Of a stretch of DNA of 64,000 nucleotides, positions 10,825-19,672 are shown piece after piece. The stretch comes from an uncultured bacterium. Lineage in GTDB: Bacteria; Fidelibacterota; Marinisomatia; SCGC-AAA003-L08; GCA-2689995. The DNA is taken from contig CAZGWH010000001.1 of assembly GCA_964529325.1 (NCBI GenBank), forward strand, positions 66,872 to 130,871, given 5' to 3'. Below the pieces are notes generated by a model. That model saw only the letters and a program-made list of their open reading frames with translations, searched no databases and was not told the origin of the DNA. A program made the translations under genes and the position numbers. Numbering within the stretch: position 1 is the stretch's first letter; every line of letters begins with the position of its first letter.

Positions 10825-13005
10825 ATGAATATGAAAAAGATAATTAAAGCATCTGATTTGAAATCATATTATTTCTTTCTCACATTTCTGATATATTCTA
10901 TTTCTTTTTGTAACGAATACCCTAAAATTGGACTCGTATTATCTGGAGGTGGAGCAAAAGGGTTTGCACATATAGGTGCATTGAAAATATTAGATTCTTT
11001 AGAAATACCGATAGATTATATTGTGGGAACAAGTATCGGTGCTATTGCTGGTGCAATGTATTCCATTGGATTTTCTGGAAATGAAATTGAACAAATTGCT
11101 CATAATACAAATTGGGAATCCATGTTTACCGATCAAGTTCCAAGGCGAAGCCTGCCCTATTTTGAAAAAAAAGATTTTGGAAAATATCAACTTGAATTTA
11201 GGCTAAATAAATTAAAACCTGTGGAACCAGATGGATTTATTCAGGGTCAAAGTGCATTATTAGAATTAAATAAAATATTTTCAAAACAAAATAAAATTAT
11301 GGATTTTAGCAAATTTAAAATTCCATTTAAGTGTATTGCAACGGATATAATTACAGGAAATGAAGTCATAATTGATAGAGGTGTACTACCCAAAGCCCTT
11401 CGAGCATCACTGTCAATTCCAACCATTTTTGCACCTATAATTTGGGGAGATTCTCTTTTAGTTGATGGAGGAGTAATTAATAATTTACCAACGGATATTG
11501 TAAAAGAAATGGGTGCGGATATTATTATTGCAATCGATGTAGGTACACCAATGAAAAACAAATCTCAATTAAATGGATTCCGTGAAATAATGGAACAAGC
11601 GATGGGAATATTAGAATATGAAATTGAAGCAAAAAATTCAAAACTTGCAGATTTAATTATAAAACCTGACTTGAAAAATTATAAATCTTCAGATTTTTCT
11701 AATAAAAAAATTAATGGAATGGTAAAAAAAGGATTATTAGCGACACAAAAACATATACCTGAATTAATTAAAATAAAAAATAAATCAAAATTTATTGAGA
11801 TTACAAATAATCTACAAATTCAAAAACAAATTAATATTCATGAAATAAAAATATTCGGATTAAAAACATTCTCACCCACTTTTATTCATCGACTTTTAGG
11901 TATTTCAAAAAATTCAGAAATTTCAATAGAAAAACTAAATAGTAAAATAAATAATATTTATGGTTTAGGGTATTTTAAAATTATAGAATATTATTTTGAA
12001 GAAAATAATAATAAAACTAATTTGATTTTAAAAATAATTGAACAACCCAAAAACAAATTAAGATTTGGAATAAAATGGGATCATGAACATCAAATAATAA
12101 TAACTTCCAATGTTCAATTATCAAATATTCCATTTTCAGGAATTCGATTTGAAAACCAATTTACATTTGGAGGAATTAGACACAACCAACTTAATATTTA
12201 TTATCCAAGTAAAACATTAAACTATCCTATTTATCCATTTTTAAGAATAATTGATAGTTGGCAACCAATAACAAAATATAATAATTATGGTGAAAAAATT
12301 GCAACATTGGATTATTACCAACAGTATTTATCGATAGGATTTGGAACAACAATTGGAAATTATTGGGCATCTGAAATTGATTATAAAATTGGTAATTCAA
12401 CATTAGATAGTGAATTTGAAACAACATATATTGAAGATATTTTATATAAACACAAATATTTTGAAATGGCTTCTTTTGAATTTGTATTAGATAATTTAAA
12501 TAATAACCTATCTCCCCAAAGAGGGGTAAATATTTCTATATCTGGCGATTATAGTTTAAAATATGGGAAGTATAATTTTCATACAATAAATTCTTTTTTT
12601 GATTCTTATTTACCAATTAAAAAACATACCGTTAGAAATTTATTCTATTTTAATTTTGTTAATGGAAATGATATCCCATTTGAATATTATTTAATTAATG
12701 AGGATGAAAAGTTTCATGCAGGTATTCCACGATTTGGACTTTTTGGTGAAAAATTAATTGGAATGAGAAATGAACTTATATACCAATATAAAAAAGATAT
12801 TTTCTTCCATTTATTTTACAATCCAATTGTTTTTGCGCAATATAAAGATTTAAAAATTCAATTGAAAAATGCTGGAGGAATTATGGTTAGTTTAAAATCG
12901 CCCCTTGGGCCAATAAATTTGACATGGAGTTTTTCTCCAAATAGTTTATATTTACCAAGTCATTTTATAACAAATTTTTACTTATCAGCAGGATATGAAT
13001 TTTAA
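10825..13005 (+). CDS. Patatin-like phospholipase with POTRA/Omp85-type C-terminal barrel (PlpD-like, type Vd autotransporter)
   Basis: 726 aa. Oxyanion motif SGGGAKG, lipase serine GTSIGA (GxSxG) and catalytic Asp in VDGGVINNLP. The C-terminal half is beta-strand-rich and ends in YEF, which is barrel-like. Size and architecture match my recollection of Pseudomonas PlpD. Confidence 0.8.
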   Translation: MNMKKIIKASDLKSYYFFLTFLIYSISFCNEYPKIGLVLSGGGAKGFAHIGALKILDSLEIPIDYIVGTSIGAIAGAMYSIGFSGNEIEQIAHNTNWESMFTDQVPRRSLPYFEKKDFGKYQLEFRLNKLKPVEPDGFIQGQSALLELNKIFSKQNKIMDFSKFKIPFKCIATDIITGNEVIIDRGVLPKALRASLSIPTIFAPIIWGDSLLVDGGVINNLPTDIVKEMGADIIIAIDVGTPMKNKSQLNGFREIMEQAMGILEYEIEAKNSKLADLIIKPDLKNYKSSDFSNKKINGMVKKGLLATQKHIPELIKIKNKSKFIEITNNLQIQKQINIHEIKIFGLKTFSPTFIHRLLGISKNSEISIEKLNSKINNIYGLGYFKIIEYYFEENNNKTNLILKIIEQPKNKLRFGIKWDHEHQIIITSNVQLSNIPFSGIRFENQFTFGGIRHNQLNIYYPSKTLNYPIYPFLRIIDSWQPITKYNNYGEKIATLDYYQQYLSIGFGTTIGNYWASEIDYKIGNSTLDSEFETTYIEDILYKHKYFEMASFEFVLDNLNNNLSPQRGVNISISGDYSLKYGKYNFHTINSFFDSYLPIKKHTVRNLFYFNFVNGNDIPFEYYLINEDEKFHAGIPRFGLFGEKLIGMRNELIYQYKKDIFFHLFYNPIVFAQYKDLKIQLKNAGGIMVSLKSPLGPINLTWSFSPNSLYLPSHFITNFYLSAGYEF

Positions 13006-13636
13006 ATTAATCTTTATTACTTTGTTTTCAATTAGTGTTTTATTAAGTACAATATATTCAAAACACTTGAAAATATATAAAAACTTTTTTGTATTAAAAC
13101 CATTAACATTAATTTCAATTATAATAATGGGAGTACTATCACAAAATATTGATCGAAATATATTGAATCAACTCATTCTAATTGGAATATTATTTTCTCT
13201 AATAGGTGATATTTTATTAATGTTTGGAAAAAAAGAATTTTTAATTGGAATGGGTGCATTTTTTTTAACCCATATATTTTATATTAATGCATTTATTTTA
13301 GATGGATTTCAATTGAATATTATTTTTATTTTTTTTACATCTTTATTTTCAATATTATTTTATTTATTTATTTATTCCTCATTAAACTCACATAAAATCC
13401 CTGTATTAATTTATTCTTTGGCGATTAGTACAATGCTTATTACGTCAAGATCATATTTTCAATTACATGATGATATAAATGGGAAATTAATTTTATTAGG
13501 TGCAATTTTATTTACAATTTCTGATATTTTATTAGCAATAAAACAATACAAAGGTGAATTTCCATATTGTTCAACATTTGTTTATCTCACATACTTTTCA
13601 GGACAATATTTTATTTGTTTAACAATGTGGTATTAA
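12995..13636 (+). CDS. YhhN-family membrane protein (lysoplasmalogenase-like)
   Basis: 213 aa with about eight TM helices and YhhN-like FSLIGDILLM and FTISDILLA motifs. It overlaps the patatin gene stop by 11 nt. Confidence 0.65.
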   Translation: MNFKLIFITLFSISVLLSTIYSKHLKIYKNFFVLKPLTLISIIIMGVLSQNIDRNILNQLILIGILFSLIGDILLMFGKKEFLIGMGAFFLTHIFYINAFILDGFQLNIIFIFFTSLFSILFYLFIYSSLNSHKIPVLIYSLAISTMLITSRSYFQLHDDINGKLILLGAILFTISDILLAIKQYKGEFPYCSTFVYLTYFSGQYFICLTMWY

Positions 13637-13728
13637 GAAAACTAATTACAAATTGAAATCATTTCACAAAGTTTATCTATATAGAACTTTAATAAATTAA
13701 CCATATTAATTAAATAGGAATTTTATAA

Positions 13729-14259
13729 ATGAAAATTATCAGTACAACAATTATATTACTTTTAAACATAGGTATTTTATTTAGCGAAAATACAGGGCTT
13801 CCAAATGTAAAATTAAAGGATTTCGATAAGAAAAGAGTTGCTATGAATACTCTGGCAAAGGATGGTCCTATTCTTATAAACTTTTGGACAATGGCATGCG
13901 AACCGTGCAAAAAAGAAATGAAATATTTAAATAAATTTCATAATAAATATGCAGAAAAAGGGTTTCAAGTATTTTCAATAAACATGGATACTCCTCGAAG
14001 TATGGCAAAAGTAAAATCATACATTAAGTCCACAGGATATAATTTTACAGTTCTTTCAGACCCTCGTTCAGAATCATTTAGAAAATTAGGTGCAAAAGCA
14101 ATGCCTCTCATATTATTAGTAAACAAAGATGGAAATATCTATAAACGACATACTGGATATAATCCCGGAGATGAAATTGGGTTAGAAAATGAAATTAAAG
14201 AATTAATTATTCATAATTATCCAGAAACAACTTTTGAATCAAAGACAGAAAGTAGATAG
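13729..14259 (+). CDS. TlpA/ResA-like periplasmic thiol:disulfide oxidoreductase (thioredoxin fold)
   Basis: Signal peptide, CxxC motif in FWTMACEPCKKEMP, and a cis-Pro region (AMPLILLVNKDG). Confidence 0.8.
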   Translation: MKIISTTIILLLNIGILFSENTGLPNVKLKDFDKKRVAMNTLAKDGPILINFWTMACEPCKKEMKYLNKFHNKYAEKGFQVFSINMDTPRSMAKVKSYIKSTGYNFTVLSDPRSESFRKLGAKAMPLILLVNKDGNIYKRHTGYNPGDEIGLENEIKELIIHNYPETTFESKTESR

Positions 14260-16361
14260 TGAAAATATATTTAATTATTTTTTTATCGTTCACCTTTACT
14301 CAAACGGATATTAATTTTTCCCTTGAATCTAAATTTGGTGAAGGGACTAATATTACAAATGAAGGAAGTACAGAAAAGCCTTATAATTATTTTGAAAATA
14401 TTCTAGATGTAAATATGCAATTTTCTTCTGGAGTTTCATTATGGTCACAATGGGAATATAGTGAACCACCCATTTTTGGTGTAAATAAAAATGGTCTAAA
14501 TAAATTTTATTTTGAGTATAGTGAGGATGTGTTTAATGTAAAAGTGGGTGATATTTATACATTATATGGACGCGGTCTTTCATTAAATATGGTGATAAGC
14601 CAAAATGTTGATTTAGATAATAGTATTAGAGGATTAGAATTTGAGTTTTACCCTTCAGATTATCTGCGTGTTTTTTCGCTTGTTGGAAAAGGCAGATATG
14701 ATTATCGGACAAACCCAGCACAAACCATTTCAGATAGGTGGGTAAATAATCGTGTTTATAGCATTGGTATGGATTATGATTTTAATCAATTGGGAATATT
14801 TCAAATGTATTATTTAAATCAATCTTCTGAAATTGATGAATCCATGATGAATTTATATAATAATGAACATCTTGATACGCGTTTAGGAAAAGAGTTTTAT
14901 GACAGAGTTTCTTATGAAGAATATCGAACAGATACTCTTTCCTCCAAAATAATAAATTTAAATTGGACAAATTCTATTGGACTGATTGACTATTATTTTG
15001 AGTATTCAGGAAATAATTATTCAAAATTATTAGGAGATGATACTGATGGATATAAAATTTATGGCTCACTCTCCACCTATCTCGCTGGATTTGGAATTAC
15101 CTATGAATACAAAGATTATAATGAACCATATTTTATTCAATCATTGGGTGGTGCACCAATTGTATACCGAGAATCTACTTCAATACTAGGTTCACGATAT
15201 AATCATTCAATGAATTTTAATGATGAAATAGGACATCAAATTGAAATCCAATATGCAATTAATGAAAACTTGAATTGGATGGTAAACGCATCGCAATCAA
15301 ATTCTCATGTTGGAAAATATTTATCAATTGATATTGATTCATTAGCAAATGAATCAACGCAAAATTATATCCACTCAAACCCATTTAATTTAGTGTTTAT
15401 GCAAGGAAATGATGAGGATTTAGCCTTTAAACCATTTAGACAATTTTACACTGAATTTTCAGGGTATACATTTAATAATCATTTATTTTTTCAAGTTGGA
15501 ATTGACCTTTTAGATGATGTGTTTAAATATCATGATACAAAAGTTTATGATTATGGTGATATTAATATTGATAATTATATTCATTTTGTAGATTCGTCTC
15601 TTTCTATTTGGAATATAGAAGAATTGAATCTTGTCACCAAAAATTACAATAATAATCTGTCAAATTTTAGCGGGATATGGAACGATTATTTTAATTTATG
15701 TGAAAGTTTAGGGGATTATATTTGTCCTGGACAAACAGCGAATGAATATGCAGACTCAACCATATTTTCAAGTTATGGAATTAGTTATGAAGATTCATTA
15801 GCAAACCTTTTTTCAAATTATGAATTTAATTATGAAAATAGAGAGAATGAGTTAAAAGTTGAATCTACAAAAGCTAGATCTGATAGCTTAAAATCAAAAA
15901 AGTATGAATATACAGAACAAACAGTTGTCACTTTACCCATGCGTTTTTCATGGAATTTTGGTGATGGTAGTTCAATTTCTACCTATTGGGAACATCAATG
16001 GAGAAATGTAAATGCAAGCCATGATATTTTATTACTCGATGGAACTATTGATAGTAGGCTAACAAAAATCGAAAATTACTATAATCAGTACTTTTCAATA
16101 TCATATCGTCATCCTAAAAAGTGGTCAATCACTTTATTTTATGACGGCGAAACACATGATAAAAAATTAGGTGGTGAAATTTGGTCTGATAAATATAATG
16201 ATTGGAAAGGTGCAGATTTCACCTTTGACATGAATTCAAGTAGTCAATTATCTATTTTTTATGGAAGCCAAAAAGGTGGGAGAATTTGTGCAAATGGTGT
16301 GTGTGCTGACCAACCCGGATTTAAAGATGGTTTTAAATTAACATATCGAAGCTTCTTTTAA
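14259..16361 (+). CDS. Putative outer-membrane beta-barrel protein, function unknown
   Basis: GTG start overlapping the TlpA-like stop (taGtg). It has a signal peptide, an aromatic/Asn/Tyr-rich alternating pattern, and a C-terminal ...LTYRSFF with terminal Phe, an OMP signature. Confidence 0.5.
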   Translation: MKIYLIIFLSFTFTQTDINFSLESKFGEGTNITNEGSTEKPYNYFENILDVNMQFSSGVSLWSQWEYSEPPIFGVNKNGLNKFYFEYSEDVFNVKVGDIYTLYGRGLSLNMVISQNVDLDNSIRGLEFEFYPSDYLRVFSLVGKGRYDYRTNPAQTISDRWVNNRVYSIGMDYDFNQLGIFQMYYLNQSSEIDESMMNLYNNEHLDTRLGKEFYDRVSYEEYRTDTLSSKIINLNWTNSIGLIDYYFEYSGNNYSKLLGDDTDGYKIYGSLSTYLAGFGITYEYKDYNEPYFIQSLGGAPIVYRESTSILGSRYNHSMNFNDEIGHQIEIQYAINENLNWMVNASQSNSHVGKYLSIDIDSLANESTQNYIHSNPFNLVFMQGNDEDLAFKPFRQFYTEFSGYTFNNHLFFQVGIDLLDDVFKYHDTKVYDYGDINIDNYIHFVDSSLSIWNIEELNLVTKNYNNNLSNFSGIWNDYFNLCESLGDYICPGQTANEYADSTIFSSYGISYEDSLANLFSNYEFNYENRENELKVESTKARSDSLKSKKYEYTEQTVVTLPMRFSWNFGDGSSISTYWEHQWRNVNASHDILLLDGTIDSRLTKIENYYNQYFSISYRHPKKWSITLFYDGETHDKKLGGEIWSDKYNDWKGADFTFDMNSSSQLSIFYGSQKGGRICANGVCADQPGFKDGFKLTYRSFF

Positions 16362-16459
16362 CAATATTGTTACAAATTATATTAATATAATTTATATAAA
16401 CTATTATTATATTTAAAGTAACTAAATATAAATAATTTAACTAAATAAGGAATTGAAAT

Positions 16460-18031
16460 ATGAAAAAAATATCTCTACTAATATTACTAACTTTATCGAT
16501 TGTAAGTGCACAAACTTATGATATGGGAGATGTAATTAGTGAAGACCATCAAAATCAAAGTTTTGATATTTGTTACGGTGACGACAATTCATTATTTCAA
16601 TTCTCTGAATTAAATGGTGCGTTAAATAATGATGGCAAATATTGGATAACCTTCATTGATATGGCTGCAACTTGGTGAGGCCCATGTTATAACGACATCG
16701 GTTCGATGGACGCACATGCTGATTATTGGATGGAACCTGAAGATGGTGAAGATAATAATGAAAATGGTTTAGTTGATGAAAGTGTAAGATATATGGTTGC
16801 ACTTGCTGATATTGGTCAACCATATACGTGTGAACAATGGGGAGATGCAGGTATTAACGGAATTCCATTAATTGTTGAAGACCCTGGAACTATTTTTGGT
16901 TGGCTACACGATTCATATAATGCATACCCTTCTTATGCTATTTTAGATCATGAAATGAGGGTTGTTGATAAACCATGGCCTTATGGCTCAACTGATAATT
17001 TAATTCAAAGTCTATATGAAACTTGTGAAGAAGCAGGATTATGTGGAGCAGTATCTGATTTAGACAATGACGGACTAGTTGGTTCAGATGATAATTGCCC
17101 GAATGATTATAACCCAAATCAAGATGATAGTGATGATGATGGATTGGGTGATTTATGTGATGAATGTTTAAATTCTTCTGGTGATTTAAATGAAGATGGG
17201 TTTATTAATATTACGGATGTAGTTGTAACGGTAAACATTGTATTAAATGGTGGAATAAACTCAAATGCATTTACAGAATGTGAAAAATCCAATGCAGATT
17301 TTACAGGTGATGGAATAATTAATGTATTAGATATTATTCAAGTTGTTAATGTAATTTTGGGAAATACTGCACAATACTGCAATTGTAATAATAGTAATTT
17401 AGATTTAAATAAAATCTCTGGTAGTGTTGAAGCATCATTTATAACACAATCAAATGATTTAATTATTAATTTGGAATCTACTCATTCATTTAGTGGTGTA
17501 CAATTTTTTATTCCCGGTAAAAATACTGATATTAAATTACTTGACAATAGCCATATTAATTTAGAAGCTAACTATTTTAATAATACGACAACTGTAATTG
17601 CCTATTCATTATTAAATCAAGCATTTGATAGTAAAAATGTAATATTTACAATAAATAATGGAGCACATTTAAATATACAAGATATTCAAATAATTATTGG
17701 AGATACCCATGGAAGGGAAATGGAACTTATAAAATCTAATAATGGTACTGTATTCCAAAATGGACCATATGTTTTTGAATTATCAAATATATATCCAAAC
17801 CCATTTAATCCAACAGCAGAAATTAGTTTTTCGCTTGCAGAGGCTGGGTACATTACATTAATGGCGTATAACACAAATGGACAACAAGTGGGAACTATAT
17901 TTGATGGCTATCAAGAAAATGGAATTCATTCTTATTCTTGGCATGCAAGTAATCTGCCATCAGGTGTATATTATGTCAAATTGTCTGATGGTGTTAATCA
18001 ACAATTTAAAAAAGCAATTTTATTAAAATAA
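16460..18031 (+). CDS. Candidate selenoprotein: secreted thioredoxin-fold (W-U-G-P-C) / TSP type-3 repeat / dockerin-like / T9SS C-terminal-domain protein, with the in-frame TGA at 16676-16678 read as Sec
   Basis: Track ORFs 16460..16678 and 16706..18031 are in the same frame, with TGA as the only interruption. Read-through gives IDMAATW-[TGA]-GPCYNDIGSMDAH. The paralogue at 18048..19541 aligns as IDMSATW-C-APC. Also present are a signal peptide (VSA|Q), a TSP3 motif (DNCPNDYNPNQDDSDDDGLGDLCD), dockerin-like DLNEDGFINITD / DFTGDGIINVLD, and a T9SS CTD (YPNPFNPTAEISF...GVYYVKL...ILLK). Confidence 0.6.
16676..16678 (+). other. In-frame UGA, candidate selenocysteine codon
   Basis: TGA sits at the position of the N-terminal Cys of the CxxC redox motif. 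The aligned codon in the tandem paralogue is TGT at 18264-18266. Confidence 0.55.
16683..16718 (+). promoter_or_regulatory. Candidate bacterial SECIS-like stem-loop
   Basis: Hand-folded. The apical stem is CATCG (16696-16700) / CGATG (16704-16708) with loop GTT. CG (16693-94) / CG (16711-12) pairs lie after a small internal loop. The lower stem is CATGT (16683-87) / ACATG (16714-18). The structure starts 5 nt after the UGA. Confidence 0.4.
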
Positions 18032-18047
18032 AGAAAAGGAAGATTAT

Positions 18048-19541
18048 ATGATAAAAAATATAATTATAGGATTCGCATTAATTTCAACCATTTTTCCAGC
18101 AATTTATGGAGTTGGTGATGTAGTTAGTTCGTCTCATCAAAATGTGAGTTACCCCGTATGTTATGGTGAATATGAAACAGAAGGGTTTAAACTTTCGGAT
18201 TTAAATGGTGAATCAAATGGAGGAGTTTTTAAAGTATCTTTAATAGATATGTCTGCTACATGGTGTGCCCCATGCGTTGCTTTTATTCCTGAGTTTGATG
18301 GAATTGTTGATGATTGGTCTGATAATGATGGAGTATTTATTTTTAATGCATTAATGGATATGAATCAACCCTATTCTTGTGAACAATGGGGAGATATGGG
18401 TATTTCAAATATTCCTGTTATTATTGACGATGGTAATGGTGGTGGTAATAGTATTTTTAGTTTTTTTAATACAGGAAGTGCAATTCCAAGTACGGTATTT
18501 ATTGATCATGAAATGAGAGTTCAATATATGTCAAATCAAGTTACGAGTAATCAAGCCAGTAATATAATTCAAAATATGCTAGGTGATTGTACTATGTGTG
18601 GTAATCCTGATTATGATAGTGACTTTGTTTTAAATGAGACCGATAATTGTCCAAATGATTATAACCCAGACCAAGAAGATGAAGATTATGATAATCTTGG
18701 AGATGTATGTGATTCTTGTCACAATATGTCTGGAGACCCTAATGATGATTTATTTGTAAATATTACAGATGTAATTTTAACTGTAAATCTAATTTCAACA
18801 GGAGGAATAACTTCAGAGTTTTATAATGATTGTGAAAAAGCAGATGCAAATTTTAATAGTGATGATACAATTAATGTTTTAGATATCATTCACATGATTA
18901 ATATAATTCTTGGTAACACTGTGTTAAACTCTAATAATGATAATAAGGCTACAGTTAATTTCAATCAAGATAATAACCAATTAAAAATTACGATTAACAG
19001 TGATATTGAAATTTCGGGAATACAATTAAATTCTAATTCACAATTTTCAAATGTTAAATTATTACAAAATAATGAAAAAGAATTAATTTCAAATGAAGAT
19101 ATTATATTAGCTTATTCATTACAAAATATTCCATTTGAAAATAATAAAATAGATTTGGTTTTAGATAATGCTCATAATTTAAATATTGATGATATTCAAA
19201 TAGTAGTGAGTGATATATTCGGAAATGAATTAACATTAGTAAAATCAGAAAATGGTAATATTTATAGTAATGGAGTATATGAGTTTGAATTAGATAATTC
19301 ATATCCAAATCCATTTAATCCAACTACAAAATTGAATTTCTCCTTACCTATGGATGCTAATATTCAATTAGTTGCATATAATATTCATGGGCAAAAAGTT
19401 CAAGAAATTTATAGTGGATATAAGACTGTTGGCTCTCATCAATTCAATTGGAATGCATCTCATTTATCAAGTGGAATTTATATTGTTAAATTAATTTCAG
19501 AAAACCATCAAACAAGTATTCAAACAATACTAATGAAATAA
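18048..19541 (+). CDS. Secreted thioredoxin-fold (WCAPC) / TSP type-3 repeat / dockerin-like / T9SS C-terminal-domain protein (Cys paralogue of the upstream gene)
   Basis: 497 aa with a signal peptide. Contains IDMSATWCAPC, DNCPNDYNPDQEDEDYDNLGDVCD, DPNDDLFVNITD / NFNSDDTINVLD, and a CTD (YPNPFNPTTKLNF...GIYIVKL...ILMK). An RBS-like AAAGGAAG lies upstream, and the gene is 16 nt from the previous gene. Confidence 0.8.
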   Translation: MIKNIIIGFALISTIFPAIYGVGDVVSSSHQNVSYPVCYGEYETEGFKLSDLNGESNGGVFKVSLIDMSATWCAPCVAFIPEFDGIVDDWSDNDGVFIFNALMDMNQPYSCEQWGDMGISNIPVIIDDGNGGGNSIFSFFNTGSAIPSTVFIDHEMRVQYMSNQVTSNQASNIIQNMLGDCTMCGNPDYDSDFVLNETDNCPNDYNPDQEDEDYDNLGDVCDSCHNMSGDPNDDLFVNITDVILTVNLISTGGITSEFYNDCEKADANFNSDDTINVLDIIHMINIILGNTVLNSNNDNKATVNFNQDNNQLKITINSDIEISGIQLNSNSQFSNVKLLQNNEKELISNEDIILAYSLQNIPFENNKIDLVLDNAHNLNIDDIQIVVSDIFGNELTLVKSENGNIYSNGVYEFELDNSYPNPFNPTTKLNFSLPMDANIQLVAYNIHGQKVQEIYSGYKTVGSHQFNWNASHLSSGIYIVKLISENHQTSIQTILMK

Positions 19542-19570
19542 ATTCAATTTAAATTTTCAGTTTATTTTAA

Positions 19571-19596
19571 AGGCAGAGTTATCTCTGCCTTTTTTA
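19571..19596 (+). terminator. Rho-independent terminator
   Basis: AGGCAGAG-TTAT-CTCTGCCT followed by TTTTT, lying 30 nt after the stop at 19541. Confidence 0.75.
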
Positions 19597-19672
19597 TTTA
19601 ATAAATTATTTCAAACTACTATAGAAATAAACCAATATTTAGATAGTTAAAAAATTCGTAACTTTTCTTGCT

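Noticed and set aside
10999-12427. Short ORFs (61-104 aa, both strands) inside the patatin gene
   Set aside because: They overlap a 726-aa ORF with complete patatin catalytic motifs, and their translations look random.
16460-18031. Interpreting 16460..16678 and 16706..18031 as two separate genes, or as a simple nonsense-mutated pseudogene
   Set aside because: The two-gene reading is rejected. The first piece would be a signal peptide plus half a thioredoxin fold ending one residue before its active site. The second would start inside the fold without a signal peptide yet carry a T9SS export domain. A recent TGT/TGC-to-TGA pseudogenisation cannot be excluded from sequence alone. It is disfavoured by the exact placement on the redox Cys, the intact 441 downstream codons and the adjacent hairpin.
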